A DNA stretch of 64,000 nucleotides. Source: Candidatus Zhuqueibacterota bacterium (GTDB lineage Bacteria > Zhuqueibacterota > Zhuqueibacteria > Thermofontimicrobiales > Thermofontimicrobiaceae). Below are positions 41,663-51,315 of this stretch, piece after piece. The first letter of the stretch is position 1. Each line of letters begins with the position of its first letter. The notes below the pieces were generated by a model. The model was not told the DNA's origin, did no database searches, and saw only the letters and a program-made list of their open reading frames with translations. The stretch lies in contig JBMOPW010000001.1 of the NCBI GenBank assembly GCA_049322915.1, positions 14,093-78,092 of the forward strand. Reading direction: 5' to 3'. The position numbers were made by a program, and so were the translations under genes.

Positions 41663-42673
41663 ATGGAATTTAAAATAGCTTTTCAAAAGCAGAACGTAAT
41701 GCGGATGGTTGTGTATTCATTGCTGCCGGCGGTTTTGGGAAGCGTGTATTTCTTTGGCTGGGTGAGCCTGGCCATTGTTCTCGTCTCGGTCGTCACGTGC
41801 GTGTTGACTGAATGGCTGTTCGTTCGGGGAAAAAATGGCAAGGTGACCGAAGCTGTTTTTGTTACGGCTGTCCTCTACGCGCTGACGTTGCCGCCGACAC
41901 TGCCGTTTTACATGGTCATTATTGGCGCTATTTTTGGAATAACCTTTGGCAAGATGGCGTTCGGCGGTTTTGGAAATAATCCCTTTAACCCGGCTCTGGT
42001 GGGTCGCGGATTTGTGTATATCACATTCCCGATTCAAATGACCAATGTTTGGCTGCCCGCAGCAAATTTTTCTGATTTCCCCGGCGGTTTTGTCGCGTGG
42101 AAATTTTCCGCTCTCTCCGATGGCCTCAGTGCAATCACATCTGCAACCCCATTGAGCGCATTTCGCGCCGGCGCAACCACTCTTCCTGACTACTGGCAGT
42201 TGCTTCTCGGAAATATAAACGGCACTTTTCAAAATCTGGGGGAAACCACGCGCATCGGCGGCGGCTCGATTGGAGAAACGTCGGCTGTTCTGTTGATGAT
42301 TGGCGGTCTGTATCTTGTTTTTAAAAAAATTGCCAACTGGAAATTGGTGGTGAGTTTTTTCGGCACATTCATCATATTCCAGTCGCTGCTTCATGTTTTG
42401 GCCCCGGCCAAAGTGCCCCATCCTTTATTCGGACTATTCGCCGGCGGCGTTGTGTTAGCCGGCTTTTTTATGGTGACAGACCCGGTCTCTGCCTCGCGCA
42501 CTGAAATTGGCCGGTGGATTTACGGCGCGATGATTGCCATTCTAACGATTATCATTCGGGCATTCTCGCTGTTTGCCGGGGGCGTGATGTTTGCCATCCT
42601 CCTTGCCAATATGTTCGGCCCGTTGATCGATTACGGCATAACCAGCTATCAACAAAGGAGCAAAACCAAATGA
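41663..42673 (+). CDS. nqrB: NqrB/RnfD-family membrane subunit (short N-terminus)
   Basis: FGGFGNNPFNPALVGR, FMN-attachment site TSATP, GSIGETS, FMVTDPVS. Confidence 0.85.
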   Translation: MEFKIAFQKQNVMRMVVYSLLPAVLGSVYFFGWVSLAIVLVSVVTCVLTEWLFVRGKNGKVTEAVFVTAVLYALTLPPTLPFYMVIIGAIFGITFGKMAFGGFGNNPFNPALVGRGFVYITFPIQMTNVWLPAANFSDFPGGFVAWKFSALSDGLSAITSATPLSAFRAGATTLPDYWQLLLGNINGTFQNLGETTRIGGGSIGETSAVLLMIGGLYLVFKKIANWKLVVSFFGTFIIFQSLLHVLAPAKVPHPLFGLFAGGVVLAGFFMVTDPVSASRTEIGRWIYGAMIAILTIIIRAFSLFAGGVMFAILLANMFGPLIDYGITSYQQRSKTK

Positions 42674-43437
42674 AGAAAAGTCTGAGTACAATTGGTTTTA
42701 TGGTCCTGATCACGGTTTTATTCATTTCAGCCCTGGCGTCCATTAACGAGTTAACAAAAGAACAGATCGATCGAAATTTACAGATTGAAAAATATAAATC
42801 TATGCTGTACGCCTTCAATATTTTTCCGAAGGGAATTAACGAAAGCCAGTTTTCGCTGACGAGCACAACGGATGATATTCCCTGGGAAACGGCCCAAATT
42901 CGTGAAAATTATGAAACACAAATAATCAGTAAAAAAATTCCCATGGAAAAGGGCGACCCGGAATTATTGAAAAATAGCTTCCTCGCTTTGACTGATTCCG
43001 TGGAAGTATTCATTCGCCTGAATGAGGAAAACCAGCCGACGGCCTACGGGTTCCCCATGAGGGGAAAAGGATTGTGGGGCACAATTACCGCTTTCGGCGT
43101 GATTTCAGCGGACCTGACAAAAATGGTTGGTATCGATTTCACAGAGCAAGTCGAAACGCCCGGCCTCGGCGCCCGGATTCTCGAAATAGAGTTCAAGCAA
43201 TTCTTTCGCAATCTGGATCTGAGCAGACTCCAAAATTCATCGGCGGCCCGACCGGCCATCATCATGGTTCGCAAAAAAGAAATTACCAACATGGATGAAT
43301 CGACCAACAGCCTCCAGGCAATCACAGGCGCAACTTTAACGTGCAGCGGTGTTCTTAATATGATAAATACCGATTTGAAGTTTTACGTGAATCTGCTTCG
43401 AATGAACGAGCAGTACTTGAAAAATAGGGACAGTTAG
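42670..43437 (+). CDS. nqrC: NqrC (FMN-binding) subunit
   Basis: N-terminal TM, GKGLWG, ETPGLGA, AITGATLT. Confidence 0.85.
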   Translation: MKKSLSTIGFMVLITVLFISALASINELTKEQIDRNLQIEKYKSMLYAFNIFPKGINESQFSLTSTTDDIPWETAQIRENYETQIISKKIPMEKGDPELLKNSFLALTDSVEVFIRLNEENQPTAYGFPMRGKGLWGTITAFGVISADLTKMVGIDFTEQVETPGLGARILEIEFKQFFRNLDLSRLQNSSAARPAIIMVRKKEITNMDESTNSLQAITGATLTCSGVLNMINTDLKFYVNLLRMNEQYLKNRDS

Positions 43438-43513
43438 CAGGCTGTTGTGAAATCGAATCATTTAGCATTTCACCATTTTAAGGATTTCATAGCGTTCAAC
43501 GCATGAGGTTTTC

Positions 43514-44158
43514 ATGGCAAAGATTAAAGCGATTGATATTATAAAAGAGGATCTGTGGAAAAATAATCCGGTAACCGTGCAAATCCTCGGGATTTGTTCT
43601 ACTCTGGCCGTGACCAATATTTTCCTGAACACGTTGATCATGGGGCTGGGATTGACATTTGTCACTGCCTTTTCTTCGCTGACAGTTTCGGTGATTCGAA
43701 ATATCATTCCGGCGCGAGTGCGAATGATGGTACAAACGCTCATCATCGCCAGTTTTGTGGTGATCGTCGATATCATCTTAAAAGCGTATGTGCCGAATAT
43801 CAGCAAAGCGCTGGGGCCGTACGTCGGTTTGATCATCACCAATTGCATTATCATGGGTCGGCTCGAGGCTTTCGCTTCATCGAACAAGCCATCGATGGCT
43901 TTTCTGGACGGAATTATGTCCGGCATTGGTTATACGTACGTTCTGTTGATCATTGCATTTTTCAGGGAACTGCTGGGCTTCGGAACCGTTCTTGGCTTTG
44001 AGGTGATGAATCCGTTGATGACTGCTATTGGCCAGACCGATGGCTGGACTCAATGGGCATTTATGATTATGGCGCCGGGCGGATTTTTTATGCTGGCCAT
44101 TTTTATCTGGATCAGTAAAAATCTCACAAGTTTGAAGGTGTCGCATTCACAAAAATAG
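43514..44158 (+). CDS. nqrD: NqrD subunit
   Basis: NNPVTVQILGICSTLAVT, VGLIITNCIIMGRLEAFA. Confidence 0.9.
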   Translation: MAKIKAIDIIKEDLWKNNPVTVQILGICSTLAVTNIFLNTLIMGLGLTFVTAFSSLTVSVIRNIIPARVRMMVQTLIIASFVVIVDIILKAYVPNISKALGPYVGLIITNCIIMGRLEAFASSNKPSMAFLDGIMSGIGYTYVLLIIAFFRELLGFGTVLGFEVMNPLMTAIGQTDGWTQWAFMIMAPGGFFMLAIFIWISKNLTSLKVSHSQK

Positions 44159-44170
44159 GAGTTCATTTAA

Positions 44171-44761
44171 ATGGAAGGCTTATCCCCCTGGGTAATATTT
44201 TTTGCATCCATTTTCACCGGCAATATTTTGCTGGTATATTTTCTCGGCATGTGCTCGTTTCTATCCGTGTCCAGTCAGGTGAAAACATCGATGGGACTGG
44301 GACTTGCCGTAACCTTTGTACTGACAATCACCTCCGCATTGAATTATGTGGTGTTCAATTATATTTTAGTGCCAATGGGCATTGACTATTTGCGCTATAT
44401 TGCATTTATCGTCGTCATTGCAGCTGTCGTGCAGTTGCTGGAAATGATTATTGAGCGATTCTCCGAAGCGTTGTATTTGAACCTCGGCATCTTCCTGCCT
44501 TTGATCACGGTGAACTGCGCCATCCTCGGCGTGTCGTTATTTATGGTCATTCGAAATTACACATTCATCCAGAGCGTCATGTTCGGCGCCGGAAGCGGTA
44601 TCGGATGGATGCTGGCAATTCTGGCCATGGCAGGCATTCGCCAGCGCATCAATATGCAGCGCATTCCGGTCGCTTTGAGAGGGCCCGGCATTGCGTTGAT
44701 TATTTCCGGAATAATGGCCATGGCATTCATTGGTTTTTCAGGCATGGTTCAAATACAGTAA
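44171..44761 (+). CDS. nqrE: NqrE subunit
   Basis: FLGMCSFLSVS, LGIFLPLITVNCAILG, MAFIGFSG. Confidence 0.9.
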   Translation: MEGLSPWVIFFASIFTGNILLVYFLGMCSFLSVSSQVKTSMGLGLAVTFVLTITSALNYVVFNYILVPMGIDYLRYIAFIVVIAAVVQLLEMIIERFSEALYLNLGIFLPLITVNCAILGVSLFMVIRNYTFIQSVMFGAGSGIGWMLAILAMAGIRQRINMQRIPVALRGPGIALIISGIMAMAFIGFSGMVQIQ

Positions 44762-44835
44762 GTACCAACGCTGTCTTCCTAAATTTCAGGTTCAACCGGA
44801 AAATGCAGAAATTGAATAGGTATTAAGGCAATAAT

Positions 44836-45945
44836 ATGGTTGCAAAAATTATTATCGCCACGGCCGCAATGGCCGGAATTAGCGGCATTCTTTCCATTCT
44901 GCTGGTGATTGCAGAGCGGTTTCTGGGGAATTATGGTGAATGCAAAATTCTCATCAACAATGAAAAAGAACTGACGGTCAACGGCGGCGCTTCGATTCTG
45001 GCGTCGCTGAATCAGCAGAAAATTTTTCTGCCCTCGGCGTGCGGCGGACGGGGCACGTGCGCGTACTGCAAATGCAAGGTTTTCGAAGGTGTGGGACCGC
45101 TGCTGCCTACGGAAGAACCATTGCTCACCAAGCAGGAAATCGACTCTCATGTGCGGCTGGCGTGCCAGGTGAAAGTGAAGCAGGACATAAAAATTGAAAT
45201 ACCTGAAGAATTGTTCAACATTAAAGAATTCGATGTTGACGTGGAGTCCATTAAAAATTTAACGTATGATATAAAATTGCTTCGATTGAAGCTGGTGGAA
45301 CCGAAGGAGATAAATTTCATTCCTGGGCAATATGTGCTGTTGATTTCGAAACCATATCCCGGTGTGAAAGAATCGGTTTCGCGTGCATATTCCATTGCCT
45401 CACCCAATTATGAAAAAAACCATCTCGATTTAATGGTGAGATTGGTGCCGGAAGGTATTTGCACCACATGGGTTCACCAGCATCTGCAGGAAAATGAGCG
45501 AATTAAAATTGTCGGGCCTATGGGCGATTTTCAATTGCACAAGGGCGACGGCGAAATAATTATGATCGCCGGTGGTTCCGGTATGGCGCCTATGGTTTCG
45601 CTCTTGGCCGAAATCGCTGAAAAGAAAATCGATAGAAAAGTCACCTATTTTTTTGGATCCGTTGCAAAAAGAGATTTGTTTTACCTCGAAGAAATGGCTG
45701 CTTTTGAAAAACAGATCAGCAATTTTAAATTCGTTCCGGCCCTGTCTCAACCGGCAGAAGGCGATGAGTGGGAGGGCGAAACAGGGCTGATTACAATTCC
45801 GCTTTCACAGTATATCAAAGACAATGACAATTCCAAAAGCCAGGCTTACTTGTGCGGCTCACCCGGAATGATAAACGCCTGCACAGTTATTTTGAAGAAA
45901 TACAATTTTACAACCGACCGTATTTATTTCGATCCGTTCGCCTGA
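44836..45945 (+). CDS. nqrF: NqrF-type NADH-oxidising subunit (TM, [2Fe-2S], FAD/NAD domains)
   Basis: SACGGRGTCAYC..RLACQVKV, RAYSIAS, GGSGMAP, YLCGSP. Confidence 0.88.
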   Translation: MVAKIIIATAAMAGISGILSILLVIAERFLGNYGECKILINNEKELTVNGGASILASLNQQKIFLPSACGGRGTCAYCKCKVFEGVGPLLPTEEPLLTKQEIDSHVRLACQVKVKQDIKIEIPEELFNIKEFDVDVESIKNLTYDIKLLRLKLVEPKEINFIPGQYVLLISKPYPGVKESVSRAYSIASPNYEKNHLDLMVRLVPEGICTTWVHQHLQENERIKIVGPMGDFQLHKGDGEIIMIAGGSGMAPMVSLLAEIAEKKIDRKVTYFFGSVAKRDLFYLEEMAAFEKQISNFKFVPALSQPAEGDEWEGETGLITIPLSQYIKDNDNSKSQAYLCGSPGMINACTVILKKYNFTTDRIYFDPFA

Positions 45946-45972
45946 GATTTTAAGACGCAGAGGAGCTTCGCA

Positions 45973-46428
45973 ATGAAACCCACGCCTCATGAAAATAAAA
46001 TTATTACAAATTTTCTGCCAGGGAAAATTTCCATGGATGGCTTTTTAGGAACCGATACCAGGCATGTGCACGATATTATTGCCGACGACAACCTGATACT
46101 GGAACGATTGGGAGTTACGCATGAACAAATCGCTGATCGACTTCAGTTTTTCATCAATGAAGGGAAAAAAGCTATTGAGGGCGAAGCCTCGGTTAATCAT
46201 TATCGTGTGAAAACGATTTGGAGCAGGGGAATGCTGGCATGCCCGTTCGGGGAACCGCGACTGCATCATAAAATTGTAACGACGGTGATCAATACAAAAT
46301 TGGGTCAGGAAATCGTTTACTCGCAACTTAATGTGCACATGATCCGGGATCATGGATTTTTTGAAGGAAAAGGAGCGAAATTCAGAGTTGAACCGGAACG
46401 TGTTGTTCGTGTTCTGGAATTAAAATAA
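45973..46428 (+). CDS. Hypothetical protein at the end of the nqr operon
   Basis: AGGAG RBS; natural-looking motifs GFLG.D.R, CPF, HMIRDHGFFEG. Confidence 0.8.
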   Translation: MKPTPHENKIITNFLPGKISMDGFLGTDTRHVHDIIADDNLILERLGVTHEQIADRLQFFINEGKKAIEGEASVNHYRVKTIWSRGMLACPFGEPRLHHKIVTTVINTKLGQEIVYSQLNVHMIRDHGFFEGKGAKFRVEPERVVRVLELK

Positions 46429-46675
46429 TTGCTGCAATCGACTCGCTTGTATTTTTATTTCTATCCCCAATTAGAACGCGTTTCAGATTGAAAAGTCGAA
46501 ATACGCCTGGCTGTTCAACAGGTGTTCCTAACCGATAATAACAATTGCCATGCCTCTTCCCTTCAGAGATACCTGTCATTAATCAACGGTAATACTGACA
46601 ATTTATTTCAGCGTGAAAACAAGAGGCGATTTTCAAGTGGCAACCCTGATGACTGTAAAAAATACAAAAAAAACC

Positions 46676-46729
46676 TTGATTCTAAATCTAATTTAAATTA
46701 TATTTGTTTCAATTTAAAATAATTACAAA
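46676..46729 (+). promoter_or_regulatory. Promoter plus Per-box-like operator for ferritin-SOR-tpx
   Basis: TTGATT-17 nt-TATATT; AATTTAAAATAATTACAAA (46711-46729) is the reverse complement of 19196-19214. Confidence 0.75.
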
Positions 46730-46869
46730 TAAACTACTGTCTCCCTGATTGCACCGAGCCTTGAAAAGGCGGAAGGGTAAACAGTTGTTCATACATCAAT
46801 TGGTATTTGAAAATTCATCAGTTGAAAATTTTCAAATGAAAAATTCACCTATAACAGAAAGAGGCTATT

Positions 46870-47388
46870 ATGATTTCCAATAAAATGACCGAGCAGATAA
46901 ACGAACAGATTAAGAATGAGTTATTCTCCGGCCATCTGTATTTATCGATGGCAGCCTATTGCGCTTCCAAGGATATGGACGGCTTTGCCAATTTCTTTGT
47001 CGTGCAGGAACAGGAAGAACGATTCCATGCGATGAAATTCTTCCACTACCTCGTCGAGCAAAACCAGGATGTTAAAATTTTCGGGTTGGATCAACCGCAG
47101 ACGGAATTTAAATCGCTGGAAATAGTCATCGAGGAAGCCTGGAAGCATGAGCAAAAAGTGACAGCCATGATCAACAAATTGATGAAGTTAGCCGTGGAAG
47201 AGAATGATTATGCCACTCAGAATTTGTTGAAATGGTATATCGATGAGCAGGTGGAAGAAGAGGCGACCATGCTGGGGCTTCTCAAAAAAATCAGATTAGT
47301 CGGCGAGAAGGGGCATGGCATTTTCATGATCGACCGCGATCTGGCGCAGCGAACCTACACTCCGCCAGCCGCTGCCGAGGAAGAATGA
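46870..47388 (+). CDS. ftnA: Bacterial non-heme ferritin
   Basis: LYLSMA, EERFHA, HEQKVT, WYIDEQVEEE. Confidence 0.93.
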   Translation: MISNKMTEQINEQIKNELFSGHLYLSMAAYCASKDMDGFANFFVVQEQEERFHAMKFFHYLVEQNQDVKIFGLDQPQTEFKSLEIVIEEAWKHEQKVTAMINKLMKLAVEENDYATQNLLKWYIDEQVEEEATMLGLLKKIRLVGEKGHGIFMIDRDLAQRTYTPPAAAEEE

Positions 47389-47493
47389 TCAACTCATTTT
47401 ACATGTATCTTTCGACGGATCGAATAAGACCATTTTCATTTATTCAATTTTGAAATTTTCACATCGCTGTTTAACTGTGACAGGAGGTTAATC

Positions 47494-47868
47494 ATGACTC
47501 AATTAAATCAGGTGTACAAGTGCAGTGTTTGCGGGAACATCGTCGAAGTCGTCCATACCGGCGCAGGCGAATTGGTCTGCTGTGGTCAGCCGATGAAGTT
47601 GCTCAAAGAGAACACAACTGAAGCGTCCACGGAAAAACACATTCCGGTGATTGAAAAATCAGGTTCGAAAGTAACGGTGACCATCGGCAGCGTGGAGCAT
47701 CCCATGGAAGAGAAACATTACATCGAATGGATTGAAGTGCTGGCGGATGGTAAAGTGTACAGAAAGTACCTGAAGCCCGGCGACAAACCTCAGGCTGAAT
47801 TTGAGATCACCGCGAATAAGATCGAAGCTCGCGAGTACTGCAATTTGCATGGATTATGGAAAGCTTAA
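47494..47868 (+). CDS. dfx: Desulfoferrodoxin (2Fe superoxide reductase)
   Basis: [36 protein letters not shown]. Confidence 0.96.
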   Translation: MTQLNQVYKCSVCGNIVEVVHTGAGELVCCGQPMKLLKENTTEASTEKHIPVIEKSGSKVTVTIGSVEHPMEEKHYIEWIEVLADGKVYRKYLKPGDKPQAEFEITANKIEAREYCNLHGLWKA

Positions 47869-47916
47869 TCGCTGATTGGAAGCGTTCAAATTTCATTGGA
47901 AAATAAAGGAATCATT

Positions 47917-48444
47917 ATGGATAAATACAATGAACGTAAAGGATTGTATGCGCTGAAAGGCAATCCGCTCACGTTGCTGGGGCCGGCGCTCAAAGTCGGC
48001 GATAAGGCACCGGCGTTTCAGGTCGTCGATAATGGACTCAAGCCGGTGAATCTGAGCGATTTTGCCGGGAAGGTGATCGTGCTGAGCGTCACTCCCTCGG
48101 TTGATACAACGGTCTGCGATCTCCAGGCCAAGCGTTTCAACAAAATGGCGACAGAGGTTTCAGGCGATGTCGCGATTCTGAACATCAGTCTGGACATCCC
48201 ATATGCCTTATCGCGCTGGTGCGCGGCCACCGGCTCGGATCAGATCAAAACGTTGAGCGATTATCAGGAGCGCGAGTTCAGTCTGAAGTATGGCCTGCTG
48301 GTCAAGGAATTGAAATTATTGGCCCGCTCCGTCTGGTTGCTGGACAAAGAGGGGATTATTCGGTACATCGAAATCGTCCCTGAAATGGCGCAGGAACCAA
48401 ATTATGAAAAAGCTCTGCACCATTTAACACAATTAGTTTCATAG
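47917..48444 (+). CDS. tpx: Thiol peroxidase (Tpx)
   Basis: PSVDTTVC, SRWC, LLARS, EPNY. Confidence 0.92.
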   Translation: MDKYNERKGLYALKGNPLTLLGPALKVGDKAPAFQVVDNGLKPVNLSDFAGKVIVLSVTPSVDTTVCDLQAKRFNKMATEVSGDVAILNISLDIPYALSRWCAATGSDQIKTLSDYQEREFSLKYGLLVKELKLLARSVWLLDKEGIIRYIEIVPEMAQEPNYEKALHHLTQLVS

Positions 48445-48461
48445 ACTAAGTACCACAAGAC

Positions 48462-48505
48462 AATTCCAACACCTGGCCTTCAAAAAAGCAGGTGTTGGAA
48501 TTTTT
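48462..48505 (+). terminator. Intrinsic terminator after tpx
   Basis: 14-bp stem AATTCCAACACCTG / CAGGTGTTGGAATT followed by T. Confidence 0.75.
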
Positions 48506-48614
48506 ATGTTCATCCGGAGAGAACTGGATATTCGGGATTGCAATCGGCAGGGGCACGGTCAAGTTTCTACCGAAACAATTCTTGGGCGATTCACCTACTT
48601 TTTCAGGAGATCCA

Positions 48615-49961
48615 ATGAAAAACTTTTTATTCTTTCTCACCTTACTGTTGGTGTGCGTTTCAGTGGTATTCGCACAGGATTTACCTGGCGGCGATGAAGC
48701 GCTTGGCACCAAAAAGTACGATCAATATGAAAAACCGGAGGCGTGTAAAAGCTGTCATCCGGATATTTATCAGCAGTGGACCCAGGCTATGATGTCACAG
48801 GCGTACACGCACCATTGGGATGAAATCGAATACTTCGATCTGGCGGTCGCGCACAGCAACGTCGATCCCAAAATCAAACCCGTCTCCGATGGCTGCAATG
48901 GCTGCCATACTCCGCTGGCCTTTCTGGCCGGCGATGTTCCGCCGCCCCGTCCCGCTGAGAATTCGCGCGCCAATGAAAGCGTGAGCTGCGATGTGTGCCA
49001 TACGATTAACTCTTTCAAAGGCGATACCCCATTCAACTTCAGTTTCGTTTCGCAGCCGGGCCGTAAAAAATGGGGCAACAAGCCGGGATTGGTTTCGCCC
49101 CATCACGATACTGAAGAGAGCGATTTCATGAAGCAGGCCGAGTTCTGCGGTAATTGTCACAATGAAAAAGACCCGTACGGCATCTGGGTGAAATCGACTC
49201 ACCTGGAATGGAAAGATGGTCCCTATTCCAAAGAGGGCGTTCCCTGTCATCGCTGCCACATGCCGCAGGCCTGGGGCAAAAATGCAACCATGGCCAACGA
49301 GGCAATGGTGTCCCAGCATCTCTTCCACGGCGCGCATGATCCCGGTAAACTTGCCGGCGCGATTGAATTGCGCATGCATCCGGAAGAGCGGGACGTTCAA
49401 TATGACGACGTGGTTGTGCTCAAAGTTCAGCTATTCAACGCGAAAGCCGGACACAAAATTCCCACTGGCTCGGTTGAAGATCGCATCCTCTGGCTACATG
49501 TAACCGCCACCGATGCCAACGGAAAAACGTACCATCTCCTGGTGGATAAGAAAGGCTTTGATGGAGAGGAATACACGATTGCCGCGGATGTCCTTGCTTA
49601 TCAGGATATGGGAATCCCCAAAGGCATCGCGGACTTCGCCGGCGTGCAACGCGATGGTGTGCCTGTGGGCGACCGTATTTTCCGCATGCCCTATTTCGAT
49701 CCCCAGGGAAGAATGACCATCATGCAATGGAATACAGCTTCGCTCGGCGTGGATTACCGGATTGGGCCGCGAGAAACAAAAATTGAAACGTTTTCATGGA
49801 CGCTGCCTGCGGATATTCCGCCAGGAAAAGTGACATTTAAAGCAGTACTCAATTATCAAAAACTGGTCAAACCCGTGGCTGATTACCTCAATGTTCCTGC
49901 CGATGAGAGCGAAATCATGGTCATCAATTCAGCCAGCACCTGGGTCGAAGTGTACGACTAA
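48615..49961 (+). CDS. Exported pentaheme cytochrome c (c554-like) with heme-free C-terminal domain
   Basis: Signal peptide; CKSCH, CNGCH, CDVCH, CGNCH, CHRCH; AGHKIPTG. Confidence 0.88.
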   Translation: MKNFLFFLTLLLVCVSVVFAQDLPGGDEALGTKKYDQYEKPEACKSCHPDIYQQWTQAMMSQAYTHHWDEIEYFDLAVAHSNVDPKIKPVSDGCNGCHTPLAFLAGDVPPPRPAENSRANESVSCDVCHTINSFKGDTPFNFSFVSQPGRKKWGNKPGLVSPHHDTEESDFMKQAEFCGNCHNEKDPYGIWVKSTHLEWKDGPYSKEGVPCHRCHMPQAWGKNATMANEAMVSQHLFHGAHDPGKLAGAIELRMHPEERDVQYDDVVVLKVQLFNAKAGHKIPTGSVEDRILWLHVTATDANGKTYHLLVDKKGFDGEEYTIAADVLAYQDMGIPKGIADFAGVQRDGVPVGDRIFRMPYFDPQGRMTIMQWNTASLGVDYRIGPRETKIETFSWTLPADIPPGKVTFKAVLNYQKLVKPVADYLNVPADESEIMVINSASTWVEVYD

Positions 49962-49983
49962 AACTTAATGGAGGGTTCCTGAA

Positions 49984-51165
49984 ATGAGTTATAAAAAAAC
50001 GATGAATTTTATCATGGTGGGATTGCTCGGACTCGGTTTCATTCTCCCAGAGAGCGTCAGCGCCATTCCTGCGTTCGCCAGACGCTACAAAATTTCCTGC
50101 TCCACCTGCCATGCTCCGATTCCGAAATTAAAACCATACGGACTCGATTTTGCCGGCGATGGTTTTATCATGAAAGAGAACGAGGTGGAGCGCGATTACG
50201 TCACTGCCGGCGATGACCTGCTGTGGTTGAATCGGGACTTCCCCATCGGCGTTCGGTTTGATTCGTACGTTCAGTACGAGCAGGACAATGATGTCGATAA
50301 GGATTTGCAAATTCCCTATGGTCTGAAAGTGCTCTCCGGCGGGACGCTGTACAAAAATATCGGGTATTATTTCTATTTCTATCTATACGAGCAGGGCGAG
50401 GTGGCCGGCATTGAGGACGCCTATATTCATTTCAACGATGTGTTCGGTGTGCCACTGGATATTATGGTCGGTCAATTTCAGACATCGGATCCGCTCATGA
50501 AACGCGAACTGCGGTTGACCTACGAGGACTATGTTTTTTACAAAACGCGGATTGGCGACTCCCAAACCAATTTGACCTACGATCGCGGTCTCATGTTTGT
50601 CTACGGAATTGAAAAAACCAGCACGGATCTCGTGGCTCTGGCGGTCAATGGCAATGGCAAAGGGGAAGCTGGTGAAGATTCCAAATTTGATGACGACGCA
50701 TTTAAAAATTTTGGCTTTCGCGTGAGTCAGGGCATTGGCAAATATCTGACTGTCGGCGGATATTATTATCAGGGCAAGGAAAAATACCTTTCCCCGGCAG
50801 CGGGCGATTTGCAGAATGAGATCACCTATTTTGGCCCGGATATCAATATTACTGTCGGCCCGATCGAATTGACCGCTCAGTATCTGGAGCGGGAAGACAG
50901 CAACCCATTTTTCGCGGCTCAGGCGAAGAGCTACACATCAAAGGGAACCATTGCGGAGCTCATTCTTGCGCCGCAATTGGATCGTTCCCGGTTCTATATC
51001 ACCGGCCTGTACAACAAGGTGGACTCAGAATTTTACAAGTATGAAACCGCAACGCTGAGCGGGACCTATCTCCTCGCGAGGAATTTACGGCTGGTTGCAG
51101 AATTCACACGCGACCTGGAAATAGACATCAACCGCATCACATTCGGCATGGTCAGCGGATTTTAA
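49984..51165 (+). CDS. Cyc2-like fused monoheme cytochrome / outer-membrane beta-barrel
   Basis: Signal peptide then AIPAFARRYKISCSTCHAPIPKL; beta-strand-like Tyr/Gly-rich body; C-terminal Phe. Confidence 0.75.
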   Translation: MSYKKTMNFIMVGLLGLGFILPESVSAIPAFARRYKISCSTCHAPIPKLKPYGLDFAGDGFIMKENEVERDYVTAGDDLLWLNRDFPIGVRFDSYVQYEQDNDVDKDLQIPYGLKVLSGGTLYKNIGYYFYFYLYEQGEVAGIEDAYIHFNDVFGVPLDIMVGQFQTSDPLMKRELRLTYEDYVFYKTRIGDSQTNLTYDRGLMFVYGIEKTSTDLVALAVNGNGKGEAGEDSKFDDDAFKNFGFRVSQGIGKYLTVGGYYYQGKEKYLSPAAGDLQNEITYFGPDINITVGPIELTAQYLEREDSNPFFAAQAKSYTSKGTIAELILAPQLDRSRFYITGLYNKVDSEFYKYETATLSGTYLLARNLRLVAEFTRDLEIDINRITFGMVSGF

Positions 51166-51315
51166 CGCTCGCCGGGAGCTGACCCTTCGCGTCGGATGAA
51201 TTCCAGTGGGGTGATTCTATCCGCAATAATGGATTTTATAGAATTTTCAAAACGACCAAGTAATGCTGTTACAGACAGCGGGGCCAAGTCTTGAACAAAG
51301 ATGGAGGAGAACATA

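Noticed and set aside
41663..45945. Calling the operon rnf
   Set aside because: No RnfB or RnfC; it has NqrF and the NqrC-type GKGLWG motif.
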